This document shows positions 1 to 17,200 of a stretch of 64,000 nt of DNA, in pieces. The notes beneath the pieces were generated by a model. That model saw only the letters and a program-made list of their open reading frames with translations, searched no databases and had not been told where the DNA came from. The position numbers were made by a program, and so were the translations under genes. Source of the DNA: the human T2T-CHM13v2.0 reference genome, Homo sapiens; the NCBI RefSeq assembly GCF_009914755.1, contig NC_060926.1; one strand, given 5' to 3'. The first letter of the stretch is position 1; the number at the start of each line of letters is the position of its first letter.

Positions 1-772
1 CACCTGCCCATGCCGCACTGGCTGAGGCACATCAGGAGGCCCAGCCCCAGGCCCACCTGCAGGACACTGTCCTCCTCCCACAGGCGTGGATGACGAGCAC
101 TGTGACCACAGCATGGATGAATGGCGGGGCTGGGGCTGGGAGCCCAGGTTGCTATGGGGGACCCACACCCCTTCCCTGCCTCCCACAGCCAGGCCCGATG
201 GCCCTTCCAAAGCTGACAAAACAAGGTCTTCTCTGGAGAAACTGGATCTAAGGGGTTACAGCTGAGGGACACGGGATGGCTAAGGTCTGGGGAGAAGGTG
301 GAGGAGGGGCTGCCTCCTGACTTGTGGCCCCTGGAACCCTTCCTGCACTCGGCTCAGGCTGCCATTAGCTAGACAGGGACCCCCAACCCCAAGCAGGAGA
401 CCTCAGGGGCCTTCCTGGGAGATGCTGAACTGCCTGGGGAAAAGACCTCCTTTTGGGGTCCCCGAGAAAGAAGCAGGCCAGCCCCCAGGCTCTACCTGGA
501 CACCCCACAAGGAGTTGCTAGTCTTGCTCCTCCTATGGAAAGGCAGGCCTTCCCCCCAAAAAGGAAGGACCAAAGCACACAGAGGAGTACCTGGGGGAAA
601 CTGAGGCACAGCAAGGAGCAGTGAAAATGCCACCTACCAAAAAGGTCCCTAACATGACAATCCTCAGAGAGATAAGAGATGACACCTTGGACCCACAGCC
701 AAGCCAATCTGGGGAAGAAAAAAAGGTAAATGCTTTCTCACATTCACAAAAATGGTTCTGAAAACCACTTCA

Positions 773-1425
<653 letters not shown>

Positions 1426-1727
1426 TCAGGCCGAGGCTGCGGAGGATGGGTACATTTGACTCTGACAAAATGCGCAATCTCTGCACAGGAAGAGAAAGAG
1501 TTTGCAGTGAAAGTCTGGTGAGAAATATCTGTAGCATTTATAACCAACAAAAAAAAAATTCCCAGAGAAATGGGCAAATTCTCTACCTAGAGATCCCAAG
1601 AGTCCAATGAGCAACAGGGGGATGAAACACGCTTGGCCTTACAGGTGGCCTGGGATGTGCACAGTACAGCCACCTGGTGTCACCATTCATCTGCCGGATC
1701 AGCAATACTTACAGATTTTGTAATATC

Positions 1728-2043
<316 letters not shown>

Positions 2044-4914
2044 TCAAGGGGTTGGCAGGTTGCTGCCAGAGGGGGTAGGTTCCAGCCGGGGCAGCTCTAT
2101 CCACAGTGGAAGAGGATGTGGCTGGCCTGGCTGAGCCTGGACATGAGGCTGCATCAGGACCCCCTGGCCTGGCTGAAGCCCACTCTTCCAGACCCTGCCA
2201 GGGAGGGAAGGGGGTCGGTGCATGGGGGGTGCTAAAAGCAGGAGACTGTGGCCCCTGCTTGGCCTGTGGTCACTTGCCCTTGCCTGGCTGCCAGGCTAGT
2301 GGACAAACTCTCCAGCCGTGCGGGTTCCCGGCTGTTTACTTAGCACTCATCTGAGTTTATACAAAACCCTTCTGGTCCAAGCTCTGATCCTTCATTAGTA
2401 AGAGGAATGAGCTTCTGGGAAAAGTGAATGGGGAGGGGCTGTTTGCTCAGGGAGCCATCTGGGCAAATGGGGCAACAGGCCCACAGGCCTTGGCACAGAA
2501 AGTGTATGGTGCCCCCTTGGTCAGGTACATCCCATCTGATCATCTGTCACCACAGATCCCGGCATGAGCAGCAGACCAGGGGCGCGTCCCCCCTTCCAGA
2601 TGGGGAAGGGGGTCCAGGCAGCTTGTGGGAGGAGAGCCTCCAGCCCAGGGAGCTCCTGTCCCTCTGTCTCTGCACCACACACCTCTCCCGAGGGGGCAAC
2701 CCGGGTCACCTGCCCTGACAGCAGCTCTCACGGGACCTCGTTCAGCCCGTGCAAACTGTAGGGGTTATTGTGCAGTGCTGCGCCTCCTGGGGTGCAAACA
2801 GTCCCTGGCTTTCTGCCCATGGTGGGATGGGGTGCTTGCAGAAGCACCCAAGGGACCCTCCCTGGAACTGGCCCACTGCAGACTCTGCCCATCACCTCGA
2901 AGCCTCTCCTTGGAGGGTTCTGATCTGGAAACCAGGGCAATGACCTCATCCAGGGGCCTGGGCCAAGCCGAGAGGGTTTGCAAATTGATGCCCACTTAAC
3001 CACTTTATTAGCTTCTGCTGCTGGTCCTCTTAAAACATCTCCAGGGCTTGAGGATGCTATAAATTTTTGGTCAAGGATCCTCTGGCAGCCTCACTATGCC
3101 AGCATCGGTCACATGGCCCAGCCCTAGACCTCCCAGAGAGAGGCCGGGGCCTGGGGGTGCCTTTTCTGGAGGCGCAGATCATACATTCCCTTCCTTCTAG
3201 AAGCAGCGTGAGGCTGCTTTTCTGTGACTCGGAACCAGCGCACCCCATCGCTCACTGCAGGTAGGAAGCATTTCGTTGCTTCATGAAGAAGTAGACATTC
3301 TGGGCCACGAGACAGAAGGGGAAGGAAGGACTCCGAGGTTTAGAATAAGCTGGTCTCACTGCCGCAGATGACTTGGGGGGACCCACTAAGGGGGTGGGGG
3401 GCACAATAGCAGCAGCCCCTGCTGTTGGCTGAGTCCACTCAGGGCTCACCACAGCCCATCTGCCTCCCAGGCACAGGGAAACCCCCCACGGGAGGTGGGG
3501 AGACCTCAGGGGGGTCCCTCCGCCCAGGAGGAAGGCTTGCGCTGGCCAAGTGAAAACACAGGAATCTCATTTTAGTTCTAGTGGGAAGGTTCGACCGCAG
3601 CGAGGGTGGGCTGGGATGGTGGAGGTGTCTTGCCGCCCACTTCCTGCCCTGCCCACCCAGTATTCACCTCGGCCACTTGAACCTGGAGTGGGGGTGACCC
3701 GTGGGGTGGGGTGGGGGGCGTTCTCTGAGGAAACGCCGGGTGGCAGAGTTTGAAGATGGGGGAAGAATGTTCCAGGAAGAAGGAAAGTAATCTTCGAGGA
3801 GCGGGAGAGGAGGCTGCAGAGGCAGGAGGGGCTCTGGTCTCACTGAGGGTGCTGGGGCTGTCCGGAAGGAGGTGGCGCGGCTGGGACGGGGTGGCAATGG
3901 CGAAGCAGCCAGGCAGCTGCTACCTCAGGAGCATTTTGAAAGGAGAACGAGAGGTGTGGCCCACCCACAAGCGGCTCCCTCCATGCAGCCTGGGTCACCC
4001 CATGCACAGGAACTGGCCAATGAGAATGTCCTGGCCCCACCAGAGACACCAGGCTCTGATCCAACTCAGAATGCGGGACTCCCTCAGAGCGCTGCAGCCT
4101 GTCTCTTGCACCCGCAGCACGCCCTGCACTCCAGAGGCTTCCTGCGAGCCGCTTGTGTTCGGCCCCACCCAGTCCCTCTGGCCTCTCCACGCCGCGCCAT
4201 GCCGGTCCACACCCTGTCCGGCCCACTCATACCATCCACGCCCCTGCACATACTGACAGCTCAGTACCCCTTAGGGGCTGGGCTCAGAACAGACCCTCTA
4301 AAGAATGAGGCCGGAGTGGTAGGGCCAGGCAGGACCCACCTATGCCTGAGGCTGCCGCCGCTGCTGAACCCTCCGTTCCCCGCCCCCGTCTCCTGTGTCT
4401 CCTTCGTGTCTTTTTCCCTGCAAGTATGTACTTTCCCCTGCAATGCCAGCGCGTTCAGAAACTCACATTCCACTTTTAAACGCTGACACCCATGACAAGC
4501 TCTTCCTCAACGGCAAGCAGCAAGCCCAGCTTATAAAGGACAAGCGGTTCGGTCACCTTCCAGCCCATCAGGGATCACCACTGGGAAGAAGCCATGGCTC
4601 CGTGGGCCTTTGTGGGCAGGTACTGCCCTCCTCAGAGGCAGCCTGCAGTGACCGGGAGGTGACGGAGGGGTGCCAGCCTGGGGCACGTGCAGACACACAC
4701 TACCCAGCAGAAAGATTCCGGGCGGCTCGCCACACAACCCTCTGCCTGGTTTTGCAAAAAAAGGACCATCTGAAGGCCACCGGGTAGTGGGTGGAGAGGC
4801 CAGTCCAGAGTGAGGTGGCCGGCACAAAGTCCAAGGACTCTGCTGCCACCGACCCCCGTGGCCTGCAGGCTGAACGCCCGCCCAGTCCCACCCACCCCCG
4901 GCATGGCATCCCCA

Positions 4915-5568
<654 letters not shown>

Positions 5569-6984
5569 CCCACACAACTCACTTCAGGGTCTAGCGTTGC
5601 CAAGGGCAACGGGGTAGAGTGGCCTCTACCCCAAGGGGTACCCCTCAGTGAGGGAAGTCACTGGAGACAGGGAGGGGGGCTCTGGAAGCCTTCCAAGACC
5701 GGCAGACCTCCCTCCCCACTCCATGCTAGGGGTAGAGTCTCAGATCTGCCTCAGACCCACTGGGCAAAGGAAATGGATGACAGATCTACTCACAGCATCT
5801 GAGATTTGCAGCCGGCCAGGGCAGGTGGCTGCACAGAGGAAGGTGCCCTGCTTCTGGGGGGCACCACACATTTGTCACCGTGGGAGGGAGGGCTCAGCTC
5901 AGTCTCCAAGGCGGCACAAGGCCACAGCAGCCTTCCAGGAGGACAACCAGGATGCTCCCGTTCTGTGCCGTCAGGGGCTGGCTCTGTATGGCAGGGCCTG
6001 AGCCAAGGAGGAGAGAGGACCAGGGTGGGGGAGGCAAGCAGCCGTCACATGAGAGATGAGATAGAGAGGAGCCATGAGGAGGTGAATGGCTAGGCTGGGA
6101 GAATCCCAAGCCTGAGGGCTGGCTTGAATTTGCAATGTTGAATGTGGGCATCACTGGGTTATGGACCCCTCTGCGCCCCACTCTGTGACCACACAGCAGC
6201 CTTGAGTGAGCAGGCTCTTATGGAAATCCAGCATCCTCCAGGTCACATTCCACAGGAGCTGATGGGGGCCCACCCGCTTCCACACCATCCAGGGCCAGGT
6301 ATGAGACCCAGGCCTGACTGCTTAACACCTTCCCCATGTCCAGCCACAGCTGGCTTGGAAATGGACAGAGTACAGAAGCTGCCCACCCCAAGGGATCTCC
6401 CAGAGCTACCTGGACAGCCCGACTTTTTTCCACTGGCAAAGCCTGAACTTGTGAGGTATATACAGGGAGCTGTGGGCTTTATCCTGCAATTACACCAGGA
6501 CAGTCTGTCTGAGAGTGGAGCCATCACAGGGGAGCACAGATGGAAAGAGACTCCTGGATCCAGCTATGCCTGAAACCAACCGACCTCTCTCTGGTCACAC
6601 AAATCAACAAACTGCCCTGTGCTTAAGCCAGTCTGGTGGGCTGGTATCAGCGCTCAGAAGCCCACTCACCAACCAGGGACCGAGTTCCATGCTAGGTCAA
6701 CACTGGGGCAGAGAGAGGAGTCAGTTGCATGGCAAGAGTGGATGTAAGAGTTCTGCAGAGACAGAAAATCAGGGCCAAAGGTGACCGGAGAAATGTAGGC
6801 TCCCAAGAAGTCAAAGCACTCTTGGGAAATTGAGGGCTGGGACTGGGCCTCCTCCAGGTCTCAGTGGACAGGAAGACCTCAGCTAACTCCAGCATGACCC
6901 AAGTTTTTTAAGGTCTGAATAAGGGTTTGCGGTCTAGGTACTCCAGATTGCTTAATCTCCTCATCTGCTCTCTTTTTAAAATTT

Positions 6985-7504
<520 letters not shown>

Positions 7505-8085
7505 TGAACATCCAGAGACACAGCTTTACCTGGTTTCTGCAGCTCCTGGGATGCAGAACATGTCTATCAATTATGCCCAGTGGCCCACTACCCCCATGTC
7601 AGAGCCCAGGAGACGGCTCCAACAGGAGACAGGAAGCAGGAAGTATGAGTTCATTCTGCACAGGAGGAAACTGAGCCTGTGAATGGGGCAGGAAGTTGCC
7701 TGAGGCTACACAGCGGGAAGGTTGCAGGTGTGAGCTTCCTGGTCTCCTGCCTGCAAGTACAGGCTCTTCCCCTGACAGAGGTACTTCAGGAACCATGGAG
7801 TTAGACCCCAAGGTTTACAGTCTGGCCATGCCCAGTCTTGCAGTGACTCCTTGGGCGAGATCTTTTCCCTCTCTGCATTTCTGTAATGCTATCTACAGGG
7901 AATCCCAAACCTGACTGCTCTTCAGAAATCTGAGGCGCACACTGTCCAAGGAGCTCTAGACTCTACATTAAAGAGTTCATTAAAATGCACCCTCAGATTT
8001 TACTGTACTACAGCTTTTCTGAAAAAGCAGCTAACAATGACTGAGCACTTACTACATGACATGGATTAAGAATTCAGTCCTCCCA

Positions 8086-8385
8086 GGCTGGGCGCTGTGG
8101 CTTACGCCTATAATCCCAGAACTTTGTGATGCCAAGGCAGGTAGATCACGAGGTCAAGAGATCGAGACCATCCTGGCCAACATGGTGAAACCCCCTCTCT
8201 ACCAAAAATACAAACAATTAGCCGGGCGTGGTGTCAGGTGCCTGTAGTCCCAGCTACTCGGGAGGCTGAGGCAGGAGAATCGCTGGAGCCCAGGAGGCGG
8301 GGTTGCAGTGAGCCGAGTTTACGCCATTGCACTCCAGCCTGGCAACAGAGCGAGACTCCGTCTCAAAAAAAAAAAAAAAAAAAAA
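8086..8385 (+). mobile_element. Alu (AluS-like)
   Basis: Dimeric Alu with poly(A) and TSD aagaattcagtcctc. Confidence 0.9.
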
Positions 8386-8494
8386 GAATTCAGTCCTCTC
8401 AACAATCCTAGGAGGTAGGTATTATTATTCTTCCTACTTCCCAGACAGGAAAGTCATAGCAGATAGAAGTTCCATAGCTTTCCTAGCTTCTGGT

Positions 8495-10325
<1,831 letters not shown>

Positions 10326-10559
10326 CCCGGGGAACACCCAGGCGGCTGGGGCTGGCTCTAGGTCCCCACTGCTCTGCCTTGCGGGGGCCGCTCCGGCCTG
10401 GTCGCCTTCTCCGGGCGCATCCAGGGAACTCGCTCGGTCCTCCTTAAGCGGGGAAGCTCGGAAAGCGTCTCCCCGACTCCGCCCCCAGGGTTGCCTTTCC
10501 CTTAGAAGGCCAAGCCCCAAGCCCAGCCTCTCGCCAGCTGGGAGTCGCGCGCTGCCCAC

Positions 10560-10776
10560 CTCGCTGCCCAGGCCCCCGACGCCGCGGCAGGAGCCCCCCA
10601 AGAGCGCGGGAAGCCCCGTGGACCTGGCGCTCCCGGCTCGGGCGTGGACGGGGCGGGCGCCGGGGCGGGGCGCGCGTCCTCGCGGGTCTGAATGGAAGGG
10701 TCGAGGTCGTCGTCGGCGGCGAGCAGATCCTGAAGCCAGAACTCCACCCCGGCGCCCGCGCCATGCGGCGGGAGAG
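10560..10776 (+). other. BOK: BOK exon 1 (5'UTR, non-coding; TSS approximate)
   Basis: Donor GAG|GTGAGC at 10776/10777 inside the CpG island, pairing with acceptor ccgcag|G at 11237/11238. Confidence 0.75.
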
Positions 10777-11266
10777 GTGAGCGCGGCGGGCGTGGCGTCC
10801 GTGCCGGGGTGCCCGGGGTGCCACGGGAACGGCGAGGCCGGGGACACGCGCGCAGGACGCCAGCGGCGGAGGTGGGCGGCCCCGGGCCGGGGCGGGGAGG
10901 GCCGGGTCCTGGCAGTCGCCGTGGGGGACGCGCTGGGCTGTGCCCTCCGCCCCCGCCGCCCACGCACTCGTCTTCGAGGGCGGGCCCGGCGGCCCCGGAG
11001 CAAACCGCCGTCTCCCCGCGGCCCCACCGGTCCCTGGCAGCCTCGGGGAATGTCTGTAGCTGAATTCGGGCTCTGAAAGAAGGTGGCGCTGGGTTTTTAA
11101 AGATTTGGGGCACAAAAAACGAGAGCGGACCCGGCGCCGGCTACGGCCCTTCCCGAGGGCCACGCCCAGCCCGGCGCCCCGCGCGCCCCGTTCCCCGCGC
11201 CGCCTCCCTCCACCCGGCTGAGCGCTTGTGCCCGCAGGTGCGGCGCCCCCCACCCGCGTCGCCGCC

Positions 11267-11486
11267 ATGGAGGTGCTGCGGCGCTCCTCGGTCTTCGCCG
11301 CCGAGATCATGGACGCCTTTGACCGCTCGCCCACAGACAAGGAGCTGGTGGCCCAGGCCAAGGCGCTGGGCCGGGAGTACGTGCACGCGCGGCTGCTGCG
11401 CGCCGGCCTCTCCTGGAGCGCGCCCGAGCGTGCCGCGCCGGTCCCGGGACGCCTGGCTGAGGTGTGCGCGGTGCTGCTGCGCCTGG
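11267..11486 (+). CDS. BOK: BOK coding exon 2 (MEVLRRSSVFAAEIMD...VLLRL; BH4 region and first part of BH3)
   Basis: Perfect Kozak gccgccATGG; translation matches BCL-2-related ovarian killer; donor G|GTGAGT at 11486/11487; 220 nt. Confidence 0.98.
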
Positions 11487-13176
11487 GTGAGTGCGCCCTG
11501 GTGGGATCCCCAGCTGCGCCTCCTCCCCTGCTGGGCCGCAGCCTCCCTCCGAGGCCGAGATGGGGGTCCGGCCCAGGGGCGCCCACCCCCTGCCTGGGAC
11601 GGCCAGGCGCTCGGGACAGGGCCACCCAGGCGGGTGCTCCCGGATCTGCCCTCTCAGGCCTCCCACGCCACAGGCCCCCCCATCAGCTGCCTGCTCAGCC
11701 CAGATTTCAGTCATGCTGGCCATAAACAATAGAAAGCTCCAGAAAGAATAATCTATTAGTGGGTGGCTAAGCTTCCACAGTGACCCTTGTTCTCAGCTGG
11801 GCACAGAAACCCTTTGTAGGAGCACGTGTCCCGATGTTTATTTTGGAAAACAGATTCTTGCTGTTACTGGCCGAGATCCCGCCCGCTGCCCTCTGGATTC
11901 CGAGGCCTCCGAGGCCCCCCCATTGGAAACTGCGCCCACCGGGCTGGGTAGCCAAAACCTCAGTATTCGTTGGTGCTGTGAGGACATCTGGGGGTGCTCG
12001 GTTCTGGGGTCACACACGGTCCACTGGCTGCCCCCACCGTCTCCAAGGTCTGGACCCAAGAGGGAGGGACCAGCCCCACTGTGACTGTCCAGTCCCCTCA
12101 CCACAGCTGGGCTGTGGCCGTCACCTGGGAATGTTTATGTGATGCCCGAAGAGGGCACATGGGGCGCCTGTGGCTGAGCCCGGGAAGGGGAGGTGACAGC
12201 ATAGGTGAAACTGAATCGGTGGCTCTCCAGGCAGGGGGTTGGAGTCGGAGGGCACGACCCCGTGAGGGGACACGCTGCCTCCTCTCAGGCTGGCGCTGGC
12301 ATGGGCTCTAGGTGGCCCCTGCCCTTACGTGGTGGGCTGGGCCCAGAGAGCAAAGCTGTGTAGACCTGGCCTGCCCAGGAGTGTGTGTGGGGTGCAGACA
12401 GAATCCATGGGGACCAGCACAGAGCCTCCAGGAGGAGGTGGAGTCCCATCTGAGAAGTTCAGAAGGAGGGAGAGGTCTCTGGGTGGGAGCTAGGGGGTTG
12501 GTGGGGCTCCATGAGATCCGCCGCCTGCTGCTGCCTCTAGTCGGGCTCTGAGAATGACCCTAGGGGATCCTTTTAGTGGCCTTCTGAAAAGATGATGCCA
12601 GACCCCTGGAATGGCTGGGAAGAAGTCCCAGATGTCTAGGGGGACCCCAGAGGGACACAGCTCAGACCTGCATCTGCCCTCACGGCTGCTCAGGGTCAGT
12701 CCCTTGAGGCCAGCGCTGTCTCCCTGCCCTTGGGCAGTGCAGACAGGAAGAAGCCCGGGTTGTGTCCCCACCTTCAGTCTGGGGCCAGCCTGCAGCAGCC
12801 CCGGAGATCTGTGTTTGGGAGCTGCCGGGTCAGTCCTGGGAATTTCCATGTCGTCCCCCGCCCCCAGCCAGCCTCTCATGGGCTCTGCTCTGCTTCCAGA
12901 TCTTAATTAATGAGATACAGAGCAGCCTTTATCAGCTGGGATGGTCCGGTCAGCAGCATTACCCTGTTTGCTTTGGCTGGAGAACTGGCCGGGCTGCGGA
13001 CTCCCAATCCCAGGGCCCTGTGGCATTCTCGGCACCATCTGCCCCGTGCCTGTGCGCTGCTGCTGCCAAGGGTGCCACAGGCAGCACTGGGGCGGTGGGC
13101 CTGTAGGGGCCATCCTCGGCTGCCAGGGGCAGGGCTGATGCAGTGCCACCTCCAAGCACATCCCCTTGGCAGCAAG

Positions 13177-13584
13177 AGCCCAGGTGGGAGCGTGGCAGTG
13201 AGGGTGGCCCAGGACAGCGGCCCAGCCAGCCCAGGTGGGAGCGTGGCAGTGCGGGTGGCCCAGGACAGGGGCCCAGCCAGCCCAGGTGGGAGCGTGGCAG
13301 TGCGGGTGGCCCAGGACAGCGGCCCAGCCAGCCCAGGTGGGAGCGTGGCAGTGCGGGTGGCCCAGGACAGGGGCCCAGCCAGCCCAGGTGGGAGCGTGGC
13401 AGTGCGGGTGGCCCAGGACAGCGGCCCAGCCAGCCCAGGTGGGAGCGTGGCAGTGCGGGTGGCCCAGGACAGGGGCCCAGCCAGCCCAGGTGGGAGCGTG
13501 GCAGTGCGGGTGGCCCAGGACAGCGGCCCAGCCAGCCCAGGTGGGAGCGTGGCAGTGCGGGTGGCCCAGGACAGCGGCTCAGCC
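13177..13584. repeat. 51-bp minisatellite, 8 copies, BOK intron 2
   Basis: Unit agcccaggtgggagcgtggcagtgcgggtggcccaggacag(c/g)ggcccagcc, with alternating c/g variants. Confidence 0.97.
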
Positions 13585-13640
13585 TCTGCATCTGAGTGGT
13601 CCCTGAGCCATGCTAGGGCCTGAGCCGGGCTCTCGGGCTG

Positions 13641-13745
13641 TCCCCTGCTCTCACCCCAATGCTTTCTCTGCCCAGCCCCTCCCCACGTCGGGCTCCCCTG
13701 CTCTCACCCCAGTGCTTTCTCTGCCCAGCCCCTCCCCACGTCGGG
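13641..13745. repeat. 53-bp tandem duplication (2 copies)
   Basis: tcccctgctctcacccca(a/g)tgctttctctgcccagcccctccccacgtcggg at 13641 and 13694. Confidence 0.9.
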
Positions 13746-14130
13746 GTCTGGCCGTCTGCCTGGTCCCTCCTGCTCTGGGCAGCTCGGCTGCCTGTCGGCT
13801 GTGAGTCACCAGCAGGCACGGCCCACGCTCTCGCAGGATTCCCGCCCCACCGGCTTGGCCGGCTAGGCTTAGGGGCTGGCTCGTCAGAGGGGCGGGACTG
13901 GGGGCGCCTTCAGTACTTCCTTGGTCTTCTGGTCCCTAGGGGCCAAGGTTGGGGGATGGCCCAAGGGAGGTCAGATGGGGTCAAGTGGAGGTGGGAATCA
14001 GACAAGTGAGGAACAGGCTGGAATTCAAGCATGGTCAGGTGGGGGTCAGGTGCAGGGTGTGCCCCAAGCCAGTCGTGTCCCAGGAAGCTGGGACGTGGGC
14101 TGCCTCTCACCTGCTCTTGTGACCACACAG

Positions 14131-14259
14131 GCGATGAGCTGGAGATGATCCGGCCCAGCGTCTACCGCAACGTGGCGCGTCAGCTGCACATCTCCCTGCA
14201 GTCTGAGCCTGTGGTGACCGATGCGTTCCTGGCCGTGGCTGGCCACATCTTCTCTGCAG
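14131..14259 (+). CDS. BOK: BOK coding exon 3 (GDELEMIRPSVYRNVARQLH...HIFSA)
   Basis: Acceptor cacacag|GC and donor G|GTATGC; 129 nt; completes the BH3 motif LLRLGDELE across the junction. Confidence 0.98.
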
Positions 14260-17200
14260 GTATGCCCAGCCTGCCCGTCCCATGGGACCTCAGGGAGGGA
14301 TCCAGGGTCTGTGGCTCAGGCTCACAGGGACCCCACGAGCTGGCCCCCACCCATCCTGGCGCTGCCCAGTGCCCACCGGTGCCATCTCACTGCTGCAGGT
14401 GTCAGGAGCTGCCCAGCCACCAGCGTGGGCTCAAACCACAGCATTCAGGGTCTCTTGTGGTTCTGCAGGCTGGTGGGCATGCTGAGCAGCTGGCACAGGC
14501 TTCTTGATTGGTTGTAGTTGTGGTCCAGCATCCGTGGGGCCGCGTGACCTGCAGTCCTGTGGGGTGGCACGTCCTAGGGCTGCCTGGTTTCCTGCAGGGG
14601 CCCCCGAGCGGGGCTTGGGCTTCTCACAGCATGGTGCTGTGTCCCAAGGAGGAGTGGCAAGGAGCAGGTTTCCCAGACAGCTCCCGAGTAGATGCTGCCA
14701 GGCTGTTAGGATATACCCTCAGAAGTCACGGGTAACTCTGCTGGATTCTGATGGTCAGAAGCGAGCCTCAGGGCTCCAGCGTCCAGGAGAGGGGAGAGCA
14801 TGGGGGTCCAAGCAGACTGGCTCCCGGAGGGCATCCGGAGAACAGCAGCGCATCTCACCTGGCTGTGCCTGCCTCACCTGTGACCCTCCTGTGCGCTCCC
14901 ATCTCTGCCCTGGAGAGGCATCTCCTGGCCCTGCCTCCCTGCTCCTGCTGCTCCCGGCTGTCCACATGCTTCTAGGCCCACGGGAGGCTTAGGGCTTGTC
15001 TCCCCTACTCGGTGCCCGCTGTCCACTTGTCCAGCTGCCTTGGCCTGGATTTGCCCAGTGTGGCTTCTGTCCGCTTGCCCCATGTCATCAGGTCTGGCCC
15101 TGCAGACCTCAGCCCCCTGCCTTTGACCTCTGTGACCTTGGGTCCTGTCCTGGCACCCCGTGCTATGAGCTGCCCCTGGGTGTGGCAGGCGCTGGGTGCT
15201 GCTGTTGGGGTGAGTGGTGCGCCGGCCCTGATGTGGCACCTCCCTGATTGGCACATTCCTCAGCTGTTTTCCAAGTGCTGTCCAGGTGCTGGGCACAGCT
15301 CTGGGCCAGTGAACCCCGGGGTGCGCAGGATTCCCTGAAGCTTGGAGGAGGGGCATGCTGTTCCCCTGGGGCAGTTTTTTGGAAGACCCCTGACAGCAGG
15401 GAGGCCTTGCACACCCTTGTCTGGGAGCTGGTGTGGGTCCGTGGCCAGTCAGCTGTGTGACTGTGGCCTGCTGTCATCTCTGTGGCCTCAGCTGCCTTGT
15501 CTCCAGGCAGTCCTGACAGCAGCAGGAGCCAGGCATCAGGCGCCAGAGGAAGCCACACCCTCGCTGTGGGAGATGCATCCCACGCCACGGGGTGACCCTC
15601 AGAGCCAGGGGTCTTCAGATGGCCTCGGGACCTCCACCCACCGGAGGGCAAGGGGAAGAGGCCAGGAGTGTGAGGACCACTGCCTCTCGCTCAGGCAGAC
15701 CCCACCTTTGTGGGGTGTCCTCCAGCTCCTCTCCCAGACGTCTCCTCCGACCCCTGGTGGGCCAGCCAGATGGGGACAGAGCGGGGCTGACACCCTCGGC
15801 TGGAGGCCAAGGCGGCGGGGGCTGCGAGCATTTTCTGACAGAATCCGGCCTCTCCAGTGCCACGCTTGCTCACTGCTGACCTCCCTGGACAGAAGTTACT
15901 GTGGCTGGGATGCAGCGGCGACCTGGCAGGCTGCTGGAGCGGGAAGGCTGAGTCCAGGGATGGGAGTCCAGGCGGGGTCTGGTCCTGCCTCCGGGCTTGT
16001 CTTGTTGCCACAGCATGTGCTGGAGTGCCTCAGACCACACCTGGGGAGGGGCAGTGACCTCAGGCTGTGGTGTGGGGTCAGGAGGCGGAACCAAGCTGGG
16101 TGCGGGCGAGACTCCCTGTCTGGCGCTCCTGGGGTGGCCTCAGAGCCTGGACTCTGTCACTGCTCCTGTGTTCCTTTGGGAGATCGTAAATGAATCCTCA
16201 TTGGCAGTTTGGCTCCAAGGCCCCCACGTGGCAGCTGAGGGTGGGGGGCCGGGCCCAGGCCAGGCTGAGGCGTGTCATGGGGCAGACCTGAGTCGGCTGG
16301 GGGTGCATATGGGTAGGGGCTGGGGAGTGGGCAGGTGGTGTGGCTCAGGGGCCGGGTGGGCAGGGGGCAGGGTTCACGGCACAGTGGGCAGCGGAAGCAT
16401 GGTGGCAGGAGCTGGCAAGCTGGTGCCCGCCCCTCCTGCCGCCAGGGTGACCCAGGCAGGCACGGGGCAGGCAGTGGGTGGGGCCCCGGAAGGAAGCCAG
16501 GGGTGGAAGGCATCCTGGGCTGACGACCACTCTCAGCCCTCCCTTGGCCGACGCCGGCGCGTGGGTGGCCACCCGGGTGTCTGTCTCGGGGCCGCTGGGT
16601 TTACGAGCTGCAGGCTGGCTTTAAAAGGAACAGTCATTTCTGAGAATGCAGCAGCCTGCCCAGAGGTGGGGCGCCTCCCCCTTCGGCAGGGAGAGAGGAT
16701 GGGGCCAGGATGCCCCTACCCGCCCGGCCTTGCTTGAGCAGGGCCTGGCCTGAGGTGGGGGCGGTGCCTAGGAAGGCTCTGGTTGGTTCTGGGAGGGCAC
16801 CTGGGGGCCAGGGAGGGCTGAGGGGAAGGGGATGGCTGGACGAGCGGGCACACAGCTGACGGGGAATGTGGGCGGCACCGGCCAGGTGGCCCGGGCTATG
16901 TGTAGAGTTCAGTTTAAGTCTTGTTTTCACTGGAAAACCGGAGCCCACTCCCCTGTGGTCAGCATCCCCCACCCCACCCAGCGCCCCAGGCTTGTCCCAC
17001 GCAGGCCCGGCTCTGGCCATGTGGCAGCCCCCACACCCCCACCTGCTGCTACTCTGAGGCGGCCCTGCCCGAGGGGAGCCACGCAGGTTGAAGCCCAAGA
17101 GCCTCGTGACCTGCAACGGGTTTCTGAACCTCCCTGAACCAGAGCCACCTGACTAGGGAGCTAGGGCAGGGCCGCCCCTTCTGCCCCTCAGGCCCACTGG

